Shown: one piece after another, positions 1 to 9,662 of the stretch
Numbering within the stretch: position 1 is the first letter of the stretch
Layout of the letters: the number at the start of each line of letters is the position of its first letter
Origin: Albugo candida
Lineage: Eukaryota
Direction: 5' to 3'
NCBI GenBank assembly: GCA_040437565.1
Contig: JBDOQK010000051.1
Location: 248,001-268,526 of the forward strand
Length of the DNA: 20,526 bases
Notes under the pieces: model-generated
Database searches by the model: none
Told to the model about the DNA's origin: nothing
Seen by the model: the letters and a program-made list of their open reading frames with translations, nothing else
Position numbers and translations under genes: made by a program

Positions 1-826
1 AAATCTCGTGAAATGTATCTGTCGTAATTGGTTGAGACTTGTTTTGTTCGCTTTCAGATTGGTCGATATTAGAAGTGTTTGGTGTCTTGGAATCGTTGGA
101 TTGGAAGCAGAGTTGTAATTCTTCGATTTGCTTTTTCAACAAACTCATTCGGCTCTCAAAAGCCTCGTAGAGTTTCCAGTAAAACGGTGACGGTGTATGT
201 ACGTTTCGCGCAATCTGTGCAAGCGGTGTATTTCCAGTCTGTTTATCCATGTTACTGCGCATTATCAAGGACGCTTCATCCACTTGAAGTACCGTATGTT
301 TTACGTCTTTTCCGATATGATGTGCAAAGGAATTTTGTCGGGCTAAAATGTGCTGACGACTTTGTACCATTTGTGAGAGTTTTGATAAACGATTTTTCAA
401 TTGCACTAAATTTTCCGACGACACTGACTGCAAGAACATTTCCAATTGATCCTGTTCTTTCAGAAAAGCCTGAAAAGCGATGATATTTTCCTTCACATCG
501 TTTGGTAGGTCTTCAAATAAGGTTTCTAAGGTTATGGGAGGCTGGGGGGTTGGCGTGCCTAGGAAAGAGCCACTAGTGGATGGTGTCGATGTATTAAAAC
601 CAAAAGGCGATGTAAATGTAGAGGTCGATGCATTGGTAGGATTCGTATTCCAACCAGAACCAAAAGCAAACGGTTTGGAGGTGGAACTGAACGCGCTAGT
701 GGAAGAAGACACAGTCGAAGGATTACCAAATTGAAAACCTATAATCTCCTTCAGCTATCAAAGAAAATACGCAGAGGGATGCGCACACGTACCGGACGAA
801 AGCGGAGTTGAGAATGAGAATGACAT
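1..826 (-). CDS. NUP58: FG-nucleoporin, Nup58/Nup49 (p58/p45)-like; 3' end runs off the window
   Basis: Manual translation. ATG at 826, exon 826-793, GT-AG intron 792-739 (54 nt), then open to base 1. N-terminus is S/T-rich with FG motifs (GFQFGN, PFAFGSG, SPFGFN). It is followed by 'TLFEDLPNDVKENIIAFQAFL' and the coiled-coil 'PSPFYWKLYEAFESRMSLLKKQIEELQ', which resembles the Nup58 family. Absent from the ORF track because no stop lies in the window. Confidence 0.7.
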
Positions 827-976
827 TGACAAATAGAAATAGTGGACTCCAAGCAAAAGAGCTTACAGTATGTTCTCAATTAAAGACCTCACTACATAGT
901 CGCATACTTTCTCGAAATGATTTGATAGAGGTTGTACAACCGAAAGTGCCTTTTTCCTCTTTCATCACCGTTTTGC

Positions 977-1681
977 TCATCTTTTCGCAAAGCTTATCTT
1001 CAATACGTCGGTGGATGTCAGCTTGAATCCATATAAACCTTGAAGAGCGACAGAAGCTTGTGATTCATCGCCAAATTCTACAAATGCCAAATTCTTCCCC
1101 GGCACCATGCGTACCTCCTACCGAAAAACGCTCAATAAAAGACCGCAAGCGATCGATATTAAATTGAATTGTACCTTAAAGCCATGATATTGCTCGAATA
1201 AAACCCGCAACATGTCTTGATTGCAAGATGGTGGCAAGTCTTGCAAGAATAAAATGTGGTGTGGAAAATTCTGTGATTGACGTGGAGGCGGTGGAGGTGG
1301 TGCCATTGCTCTTTTTCCTTCTCGTGTCTCGTCATCCATTTTTGAAGAATTCGGTGCGTCTCGTGTCCGTTTTTCGCGTGGAGTGAATGTTCCATCTCTT
1401 CGCGCGATAACATCGGATTCCTGTTTTGCAAACTGTACGATCAAATTTTTTTCAAAAAAGGTAGTGTTATTCATGGATCGGAGCGCGTTTGAAGCACTCG
1501 GAACATCGTCAAATGTGACCCACGCTTGTCCACGAAGAAATCGTGCTTTGAACATAGCAATTTCGAGAATTTTACCGAATTGAGAGAATGATGCGTATAA
1601 ACTTTGCTTTTGACGGTCTGGTTTGATTTTATCGTTTAAATTGTGGATGTAGAGTGTGTGTATAGGTGGATTGTCTTCCAT
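977..1681 (-). CDS. U1 snRNP A / U2 snRNP B'' (SNF) family two-RRM protein, ~215 aa
   Basis: RRM1 'TLYIHNLNDKIK...SLYASFSQFGKIL...RGQAWVTF...IVQFAKQESDVIA'. Pro-rich linker. RRM2 'PHHILFLQDLP...LFEQYHGFK|EVRMVPGKNLAFVEF...LKISFAKR*' across a GT-AG intron at 1174-1118 (57 nt). Stop at 979-977. U1A versus U2B'' cannot be resolved by eye. Confidence 0.93.
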
Positions 1682-1854
1682 TTTTGACGATTTAGAAGCA
1701 TTTTCGGTCGGGCAAGCTTCCGAATTGAGTGGATCCGCACCCATTCTGTGCCGTAATGCGAGGTACGGTACATCACAGAGAAATCACAGTGCTTCACAAT
1801 GAACAGATTCAAAAGGGTTTTCAGGGTTCGAATTTTGATAGCCAAAATACGATA

Positions 1855-2364
1855 ATGGGAACGACAGTGGCTATGGCGCCGAGTACTATAAAATGCAGTT
1901 TTAATTCGATGCACACAACTTTAACTGGTGGGTATACATCTGAGAAGGAAGTAAGACTGCAACTTCGACCTTTGTCCATTCATAAGTGCGTTTCGGAAGA
2001 ATTTGCAACTTTTGACAATCAAAATGAAGTATTGCCGTATGAAGCTACTCATCATAAAGGAACCGATAGAATTCACCCACTTCCTTGGTTTCGGAGTCCG
2101 ATGCCGATTGGACCTTCACGGCGTTGCAATAGCGACGGAAACTTGCAACATTATAATCTTTCACACAAGCGACGGGGTACACACACATCATTGTTAAGTT
2201 CGGCAACCCGTTCTCGCGTACCATCGACAAAATGGTTGGCTTGGGAAGATTCAGTGTGGAGTACACTGTGGTACACTTTTCGACATTCATGCGCGATGTG
2301 CTGGTCAAGCACAATGAAAGAAGAGTGTATGCTGCAGCGAGACCATGCTGCGTCGTGGGCCTAA
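1855..2364 (+). CDS. Hypothetical protein (~169 aa from ATG 1855)
   Basis: Longest ORF filling the space between U1A/U2B'' (divergent, 173 bp away) and PDE6D (convergent). No recognisable domain, and overlapping ORFs exist in other frames. Confidence 0.45.
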   Translation: MGTTVAMAPSTIKCSFNSMHTTLTGGYTSEKEVRLQLRPLSIHKCVSEEFATFDNQNEVLPYEATHHKGTDRIHPLPWFRSPMPIGPSRRCNSDGNLQHYNLSHKRRGTHTSLLSSATRSRVPSTKWLAWEDSVWSTLWYTFRHSCAMCWSSTMKEECMLQRDHAASWA

Positions 2365-2477
2365 GCACCAATCACGATCCGATCTGAAAAAGCCGTACCG
2401 CAGTCATGGTACATTGAGGGAGTATCGTTACTTCAAAGTGCGCTTGTCATTTAAATTCATTATATGTTCCCTTGTAG

Positions 2478-3361
2478 TCAAATGTAATAAATTCGATAGA
2501 TTGTTCGCGCAATTGGCAATTCGCCGTTGTAAAACGCTGTCTCAATCATTAATTTCCCACTAGGTCATAGAACGATTGGAACTCGCGATCGAAATTTTTG
2601 TATATGATACGAACCTTATGGTACTAGGATCCAACATGTTACCCCTTCCAGCTGATTCAATACTTTGTTGCCATGTATTTGTGGATCCCGGAATCACAAA
2701 CCCAAAAGTAAATCGCCACTCTGTATACCGAACTTAACATATGCAACATGCACCGTACACAGTGTACCTTCAAAGCAGCTTCCGTTGAGATAAACTCGTT
2801 GTTCTAACCGAAAATGCTCGATTTCTTCGGTTGAAGTGAAATTTATTTCTCTGGTGACTGTACCACATTGGAGTATCTCTTCTGGTATACGCGCTAATAC
2901 ACGAATCACGTCAATTAAAAACTTGATTCATGTTGTGTCTCGTCAACTTTCCTTCTTGTTCGATACGAAAAACGTCTTCACTCCTAGAACCGTACTTTAG
3001 AATAACGAATGTGTTTATTGATACGTAAAGAAACCATTCATCCGTTTGCCACAAAACTTTTCCGGTCTCTTCACATCGCATATTCATGAAATTTCTTACA
3101 ATCAAAAAAGTATAAATCAATTTGAAATGTGGTAGTAGACGCCTCGTACATCCTTAAGCCTTTGCAAATTTGTTGCGCACGCTGATTCATAGAAACTTCA
3201 ATTCGACCAGCCTTTGGTTCGTGAAGCTGTTTCCATTCCTCCTCGACCTCCGAATCCAATTTGGCTTCCTCATTCGCGATAGCGTTTCCTTTCGTCAGCG
3301 TCGGTTGTAAACGTTTAACTTTCTGAAAATAATAGGTGGATTCAGTGTTCTTACTTTCCAT
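2478..3361 (-). CDS. PDE6D: PDE-delta (cGMP phosphodiesterase 6 delta subunit / prenyl-binding ciliary cargo carrier), ~205 aa, 6 exons
   Basis: Exons 3361-3150, 3094-3035, 2983-2952, 2893-2768, 2720-2615, 2559-2478. Spliced product 'RAQQICKGLRINFMNMRCEETGKVLWQ...[70 protein letters not shown]...ISGKLMIETAFYNGELPIARTIYRIYYI*' is collinear with PDE6D. Confidence 0.93.
2894..2951 (-). other. Putative non-canonical GA-AG spliceosomal intron (PDE6D intron 3, 58 nt)
   Basis: Minus strand: CAA GAA G|GAAAGTTGACG...TTTAATTGACGTGATTCGTGTATTAG|CG CGT ATA. Removing it restores IEQE-A-RIP (human VEHE-A-RVP). A canonical in-frame GT alternative exists at 2966. Confidence 0.6.
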
Positions 3362-3560
3362 GCGTGCTCAACGGTGATATAACAATTCACCTCAACTCCA
3401 AACAGTCACATTTTACTCAACACAACAGCGACATATGAGGGCACCTCCAAATACGAAAGTAGTGAACTAAACGAACGTAATAAGATCGCTATCAGATTTA
3501 GTAAAAGGATGTTTCGTGCCAAATAAACACTTTTGACATTTGACTTATGCGAATTAGAGC

Positions 3561-4342
3561 TTAAGAGCGCGATCTGCGTCGATGGGTCCGACGAGATGAA
3601 GTTCGAGAGCGAGATCGAGATTTTGATCGCGAGGCCGATCGACGTCTGCGGCGTGCAGGAGACGGAGACCTTGATCGAGAAGAAGATCGTGATCGGGATG
3701 GGGATCGCGAACGAGCATTTGATCGAGATGATGAACGTTCTCGACGAACGCGTACTGTTCTCCCATCAAGCTTTGACCGATCGAGTTTTCGTATCGCTCG
3801 TTCCATTTCGTCATACGTTGCGAATGAACCCACACCGTTCCCTGAGTGATCTACATTTGTGTGGACCACATCTCCACCTCTGCGGAAGAAATCTTTGAGG
3901 TCTTGCCAGCTAATTTTCGAGGATAAATTTGACACGGTGACCCGATATTGGGTGCCAAATCGTTTGTTGGATGACGTATCACGCGTTTGGTTTGGTCCGC
4001 TACGTGAGATTTCGACTCGGATTTTAGATCCGAGAAGCTCAATGCTATATACACGATATCGTCAGACCAGGTGAAGAGAGATGGAAATGTAGACGTACCC
4101 GTTGGACTCACGGACGGCATCATCAGCTCCTTGCGAGTCTTCGTATTCCTAAATTTGTGTAAACGCTTATGTGAGTACTCGTAAATACGTTTGGTAGTGT
4201 GATGTACAATGAAAGCGAATGCCGGTGGTCGTGATGGCACCTTCAGACGGATGCAAGCTATTTGACCATGTTTTGCGAAATGCGAACGGAGAGTTTCTTC
4301 ATCAATTTCTGTGGGAAGGTTTCCTACGAATATCGCCGTCAT
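3561..4342 (-). CDS. Serine/arginine-rich splicing factor, SRSF1 (ASF/SF2)-like, ~222 aa
   Basis: Exons 4342-4208, 4148-4099, 4044-3561 (GT-AG introns of 59 and 54 nt). RRM1 'IFVGNLP...PPAFAFI|EYED', pseudo-RRM2 with the diagnostic SWQDLKD motif, and a C-terminal RS-dipeptide domain. Confidence 0.93.
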
Positions 4343-4557
4343 TGGCTCGCTGATTTAATGTGACGGAAACGTGAACGCTTCGTCGTGACGCGATCCACAC
4401 ACAAAATAAGAGTCCACATTGTTAAGTACTGTGAGCTTTTTTTTAGAAGACTCCTTAGTAACGGGTCGAAACCCGCTGAAGAATGTGTAATGGGTATACA
4501 CTATACATCCAAATTGCAGAAGAATTGACTACAATTCAGAAATAACTGTTGCACGAA
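4343..4557. promoter_or_regulatory. Probable bidirectional promoter between the SR protein and CHIP genes
   Basis: Divergent ATGs at 4342 (-) and 4558 (+), 215 bp apart. Inferred from geometry only. Confidence 0.5.
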
Positions 4558-5534
4558 ATGAGTTGCACCGCGCAAGCCGAAAAGCTCAAAGTCAAAGGGA
4601 ATGAGTGCTTCCAACGAGAGAAATATCGAGCCGCCATAGAGTTCTACACGAAAGCGATGGTATAATCATCTAACTTAATATATTGCCCAGTTCTCAATTA
4701 ATGTTTGAACGATAGTCTTTGGATGCAAATCAAACGATTTACTACACAAATCGAGCCTTATGTTACTCAAAGGTAGTTCTTCGCTCAGCAACCTTCGATC
4801 CACACTCACATCAATGGATTAGCTTGAAGATTGGAGTGCGTGCTCCAAAGATTGCAAGCAAGCTCTTATACATGACGCAATGAACCCCAAACCAGCATAC
4901 CTATTGGGTCTTTGTAGCATCAAAATGAATCGATACGAAGAAGCTGTGGATTCCTTCTCTTCTGCACTCATTCTCGCAGAAAAATCCCTAAAGCCTAAAG
5001 AGTTCCAAAACGAGATTCTTGTCCAATTGTTGCGCGCAAAGAAAAAGCATTGGGAAGAGAATAAAAACGCCTCAATGGAAAAACATATCGACTTAAAATC
5101 GAAATTTTACAAATTTGTACAGCGTCAGAGTTTGCTTCAATCGCAGGATAGTGTAGAATCAGAGAATCAGAATGACATTGATCTGATAACCGCATATGTG
5201 GAGCACATGGCGATTGCGTATGAGAATACATTCCATCCAGGCGACATTCCAGATCACCTCACATGTCCAATCAGCTTAGAAATCATGCAGGATCCAGTAA
5301 TCACACCGAGCGGCATTTCGTACGTGATGCGTGTCCTTTTGCATAGTTAACTGAATGTTTGTATCGGTTTTCAGATATGAACGTAGTCAAATCGAGTTAC
5401 ACATCAATAAAAACGGACCCGTCGAGCCAATCACACGCCAGAAACTCACAACAGATATGTTACGACCAAATAATGGTCTTCGTGATGCTATTCAAGAATA
5501 TCTTCACGCGCATCCGTGGGCGTTTGAATCGTAA
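4558..5534 (+). CDS. STUB1: CHIP/STUB1 TPR + U-box E3 ubiquitin ligase, ~271 aa
   Basis: Exons 4558-4659, 4716-4772, 4823-5319, 5375-5534 (GT-AG introns of 56, 50 and 55 nt). TPRs 'AEKLKVKGNECF...YRAAIEFYTKAM', 'YYTNRALCY'. U-box '[35 protein letters not shown]...PITRQKL...LRPNNGLRDAIQEYL...HPWA'. Confidence 0.93.
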
Positions 5535-5680
5535 CAGTAATGATGTATCAATCAATTAGAATGCAGCCATCTTATTTTGAACCAATCCCGTTCAGACAAG
5601 ACCGTGCATCAGCAGTCTTTATATGATAGTTTCTCCTTAGTATAATTTTATAATGCAACCTTTCATCATATCATAAAATT

Positions 5681-7348
5681 ATGGCATCGCCCGGTCAAAA
5701 GGCGTTTTTCGTGGTGCTTGATGACCACAATCGAGAGCATTTTCGCACGTATCCTTCACAGCAATCCCCCATGCGTCATATAGATCTCTCTTCCACCGGC
5801 AGTCCCAACATTCCCAAAAACACTACGGGATCTTCATTCTATGAACGTCGTGGGCTCAGTACAAGCGCGTTTCTCGAAAGCAGTTTGGTTTCTAATAATG
5901 ATGCGAATGATGGTAAAAAGGTACCACCACTTCGATTCCAGGCGATTTCCGTGCGGTATATGGTGCTTGGATTGTTTCTTGGCATCGCACTCGGTATCCT
6001 GCTGGCTTTCTTCAAGTCGAATTCGGTTGTCATCAATCTGATTTCGTTGCCAGGAGATCTTTTTACACGTGCGATCAAATGCATTGTCATACCGTATATC
6101 TTCTCAGCGGTAGCTGTCGCTTCTGGGGACATCATGTTTGCGGGTAAGGGCTTTGTGATCGGCTTCAAGACTTTGAAAATATTTGTGCTTTTTTGGATCC
6201 TATCGGCATCATTGGGTGTCGGAGTCGCATTAGCAAGTCGATCATTTTTCAAGTTGGAAGGCCAAGAAGAGCATCACATAGAGTATAATTACGTCCAATT
6301 GAGTTGTGATCAAGTCGGTGGAACTCTCCAATCCTTTCTGCAAAATGATTCCATTCGATGCGGAAAGGCTGATTCTGGTGCCAAAGTGAATTTTGAAGTA
6401 AAAGAACAAACCAATTTTTACAAAACGCATTCCATCATGAAAGTATCCATCAATGATCTGATTCTGACATCAATTGGGCGTATAGTCTCTGAGAATATTG
6501 CGTTGAGTTTGATAATGATGGAAACATCGGCGGTTGTCGTATTTGCATCGTTTCTTGGGATCGTCGCGGCACAAAATTACTACGAAAAAACAAGGAGAGT
6601 GAATTATTTATATTGCGTGCTCTTACAATTGCGGAATTCGTGTTATTGGGCGTTGGAGTGTATCATGCTTCTTGCTCCGTTGGCGGTAATGTCGATTATT
6701 GCTGGATCACTTGCTTCCAATCAGCACTTCAGTGCGTATACGCAAGCGGGAGCTTATGTGGGGGCTTGTGCAATTGCAATCATACTTCAAATGTTTGTCA
6801 TGTACCCAATTGTTGTGTTTTTGTGGACGCGATGTAATCCATATGCTCACATGCGGTTCATGATTCGAGCATATTTGTATGCTTTTGGATTGTCGTCGTC
6901 GTTGGCGGCAACACCGGCTACATTATCTTGCTTACAGAAATCGCGACTTTGCTCCATCACGCTGGCCGAATTCATTGTATCATTTGGCTCGACCATGAAT
7001 TTAAGCACTTCCGGTCTTGTGATTCCCATTTCGTGCGTGTATCTGGCAGAATCGGCTGGTTTCGGTAGTAGTTTGACGGTGTGGCAAATACTCTCGCTTC
7101 TGGTATTGTCGATATTTTCGTGTACTGGCGTTCCACCTGTGCCTCAAGGTCGGACTGTTATCTTAATAACAATCTTCACAAGCGTTTTCGGAACCGATAC
7201 GCTTCCTCAAACGTTTGCAACCTACATGGTTGCAGACTCCATCGTCGATCGAATGGTCACCGTAGGAAACGTGAATGATGACGCACTAGTAGTAAAAATC
7301 GTTGCAGAAACCACGGATGAGACTGTTCTTACATGGTTGCACAGTTAA
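5681..7348 (+). CDS. Dicarboxylate/amino acid:cation symporter (DAACS/SLC1) family protein, 555 aa, divergent
   Basis: Intronless and multi-TM. 'ISLPGDLFTRAIKCIVIP' (TM2), HP1 'SSSLAATP', TM8 'DRMVTVGNVNDD'. Confidence 0.9.
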   Translation: MASPGQKAFFVVLDDHNREHFRTYPSQQSPMRHIDLSSTGSPNIPKNTTGSSFYERRGLSTSAFLESSLVSNNDANDGKKVPPLRFQAISVRYMVLGLFLGIALGILLAFFKSNSVVINLISLPGDLFTRAIKCIVIPYIFSAVAVASGDIMFAGKGFVIGFKTLKIFVLFWILSASLGVGVALASRSFFKLEGQEEHHIEYNYVQLSCDQVGGTLQSFLQNDSIRCGKADSGAKVNFEVKEQTNFYKTHSIMKVSINDLILTSIGRIVSENIALSLIMMETSAVVVFASFLGIVAAQNYYEKTRRVNYLYCVLLQLRNSCYWALECIMLLAPLAVMSIIAGSLASNQHFSAYTQAGAYVGACAIAIILQMFVMYPIVVFLWTRCNPYAHMRFMIRAYLYAFGLSSSLAATPATLSCLQKSRLCSITLAEFIVSFGSTMNLSTSGLVIPISCVYLAESAGFGSSLTVWQILSLLVLSIFSCTGVPPVPQGRTVILITIFTSVFGTDTLPQTFATYMVADSIVDRMVTVGNVNDDALVVKIVAETTDETVLTWLHS

Positions 7349-7520
7349 GTTTGTCATGGTGTCGTCGAATTGTGCAGAAAGTAATCACAATGATGCGTTC
7401 CAATGTAACGTTTGGAAGCTCATTTGATTGGCACATATTCACTTGATTGTTGTAATTGTTTATGACTGCCACAACGACATTCGCTGAGCCCTGTCGACTG
7501 CATTTTCTCCATTTCTGCTC

Positions 7521-9662
7521 ATGCATAGTGATGACGACGAGAGTAAATGTGTCAATACATCGCCAGTTGTCTTGATCGACCAAGAAGTTGTTGAAACTTT
7601 ACAAAATTGTCATATAAACTCCACCGCCAATACTTCAGACAAAAATGGTACAAATTCGAGTCCAGACGACAATAGCGACGAATATGGTACTCAGGAAAGT
7701 TTTACACAGCAACGACGAAGTGATAGTGAAATCTCTTCGACTGAGGATGAAAACGACCTGAGGAGTGAAAATGAAAGCACTTCGGCGATTCGCGACCCAT
7801 ACATCAGTATCTCAGAGATGAGTTGCGCTTCTTCTAGAACGGCTCATTCCTTCCACTCGATGTCGTCTCTTTCAGATGTTGGCATGTTTGTGATTGATGA
7901 GAGCCGACCATTCACGAGTGAAAGTGCGTCATTCTCTTCTGGTACATGTTCCGGTTCCCGATCATTTTCGCGTTCCAAAGAGCCACAAACCGATTTTCGA
8001 GCTCGAAGGAATGAAGACCAATGGCAGCAATCATCTTCTTTTGATTCCACAGAGCATGCGTTCGATTTGCATGGAGATTTGGAATCAACCAAGAGAGGGA
8101 ACGGAAGATCTGACTTTTGGCTCGAATTGGAAAGCAAACGGAAGAATTCCGGAAGTGACTCCCAAAGCGGCAATCAACAGCCGACAGATCGTTCAGACGC
8201 ACTACGTATATCGATGCTGTCTGTCTTGGCTAGCATATTCCTAGGTATAGCATTTGGTCTGCTCCTCATTCTTTTTGAAGTTGATCCTTTATTACTCCAA
8301 TGGGTCGCACTTCCAGGCAATCTGTTCTATCGAGCACTCAAATGCATCATTGTTCCATATATATTTTGCGCGGTGGCAGTTGCAATGGGTGATATCTCGT
8401 TTGCAGGTCGCGTGTCAGCTCTAGGACTTGAAACAGCAAAAATATTTGCTCTCATTTGGTTCGTATCCACAAGTATCGGGATGCTCGTAGCCTTGGGGTT
8501 CCGTTATCATTTTCGTGATATCGGTACCGCAATTTCCACGAGCACCAATGCAGTAGCTCTTTTGTGTCACGATAAAAAGGTATTCCAAATGAATGGTACA
8601 CGTTTGGAATGCTCTTCCACAGAGGATGAAACACTAATAGCAGAAATCGGCGAAGGCGTCAGAAGTGTCGTACTTGGAAGTAGCCCGTCAACTTTTGTCT
8701 TCCACGACTTGAACGATTACTTTCGCAAGACACCAGGTAGCCAGATCCGACTACAGAATCAACTGTTGGACCAAGCCTTGCACTTTACGTCTTCAAATAT
8801 CGTCAAATCAATGTATAAAATGGAGCTTCTAGGAGTCATCACATTTGCTTCTCTTTTGGGCGTAATTGCTGGGCAGCAATATTACGCAAAGACAAGAAAG
8901 GTGAATTACCTGTACGCGACGCTGTTACAGCTTCGAAACGCATACTTTTGGGCCATTGAAGTGATTATTAGCTTGACACCGGGTGCTATGATTTCGTTCA
9001 TAGCTGGTTTACTGGCTCAAAATCAAGATATGTTCCAATACAAACGGATCGCGTATCTTTACATGGTGGCCATATTATCGGCAATCGTGCTCCAAATGTT
9101 TATTGCGCTTCCACTATTGGTGCTTGTATTCACTCGAAGGAATCCGTATGAGCACATGCGATACATGCTTCACGCATATCTGTTTGCATTCGCTGTCTCT
9201 TCGTCGCTAGCAACCACTCCAGTCACATTGAGTTGCATGAAAAAGTCGCGCGTTTGTACAACTGCCATCGCAAACTTTGTGATTTCATTTGGTACGGTTG
9301 CGAACTTAAGTGCGGCGGGTTTGCTCATTCCGATTGCGACTATATTTCTTGCGGAAACTGCTGGTCTAGGAACAGATCTTACAATTTTCAAAATGGTAGC
9401 ACTCGTTTTGATTTCATGGTTTGGGTGCATCGGTACAGCTCCTATTCCAAATGGACATGTAGTTTTATTCTCGACGGCGTATACTGCGATTATGGGCGTT
9501 CGGGAGCTACCATCCACGTACGCGCTTATGCTGGTTGTAGATTTTTTTATCGATCGGATTCTCACCGTTGTGAATGTGAATGATGATGCAATGGCGCTCA
9601 AAATCATTGCAGAAACAATTGACGAGACAGTTATCCAGGAGCTGGCGGGACAGCGATGTTGA
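7521..9662 (+). CDS. DAACS/SLC1 family protein, 713 aa, tandem paralogue with a long Ser/acidic N-terminal extension
   Basis: Intronless. 'VALPGNLFYRALKCIIVP', 'SSSLATTP', 'DRILTVVNVNDD'. Shares 'YYxKTRxVNYLYxxLLQLRN' with the upstream paralogue. Confidence 0.9.
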   Translation: MHSDDDESKCVNTSPVVLIDQEVVETLQNCHINSTANTSDKNGTNSSPDDNSDEYGTQESFTQQRRSDSEISSTEDENDLRSENESTSAIRDPYISISEMSCASSRTAHSFHSMSSLSDVGMFVIDESRPFTSESASFSSGTCSGSRSFSRSKEPQTDFRARRNEDQWQQSSSFDSTEHAFDLHGDLESTKRGNGRSDFWLELESKRKNSGSDSQSGNQQPTDRSDALRISMLSVLASIFLGIAFGLLLILFEVDPLLLQWVALPGNLFYRALKCIIVPYIFCAVAVAMGDISFAGRVSALGLETAKIFALIWFVSTSIGMLVALGFRYHFRDIGTAISTSTNAVALLCHDKKVFQMNGTRLECSSTEDETLIAEIGEGVRSVVLGSSPSTFVFHDLNDYFRKTPGSQIRLQNQLLDQALHFTSSNIVKSMYKMELLGVITFASLLGVIAGQQYYAKTRKVNYLYATLLQLRNAYFWAIEVIISLTPGAMISFIAGLLAQNQDMFQYKRIAYLYMVAILSAIVLQMFIALPLLVLVFTRRNPYEHMRYMLHAYLFAFAVSSSLATTPVTLSCMKKSRVCTTAIANFVISFGTVANLSAAGLLIPIATIFLAETAGLGTDLTIFKMVALVLISWFGCIGTAPIPNGHVVLFSTAYTAIMGVRELPSTYALMLVVDFFIDRILTVVNVNDDAMALKIIAETIDETVIQELAGQRC

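Noticed and set aside
79-734. + strand ORFs 79-483 and 480-734
   Set aside because: Antisense shadows of the minus-strand Nup58-like gene.
3533-3898. Repetitive GATCGAGA-like tracts and overlapping ORFs
   Set aside because: Explained by the RS domain codons of the SR protein; not an independent repeat array or CRISPR.
977-4342. Two splicing-factor genes flanking the gene with the GA donor, as a possible functional cluster
   Set aside because: Spliceosomal proteins act in trans and are numerous; adjacency in a gene-dense genome is most simply chance.
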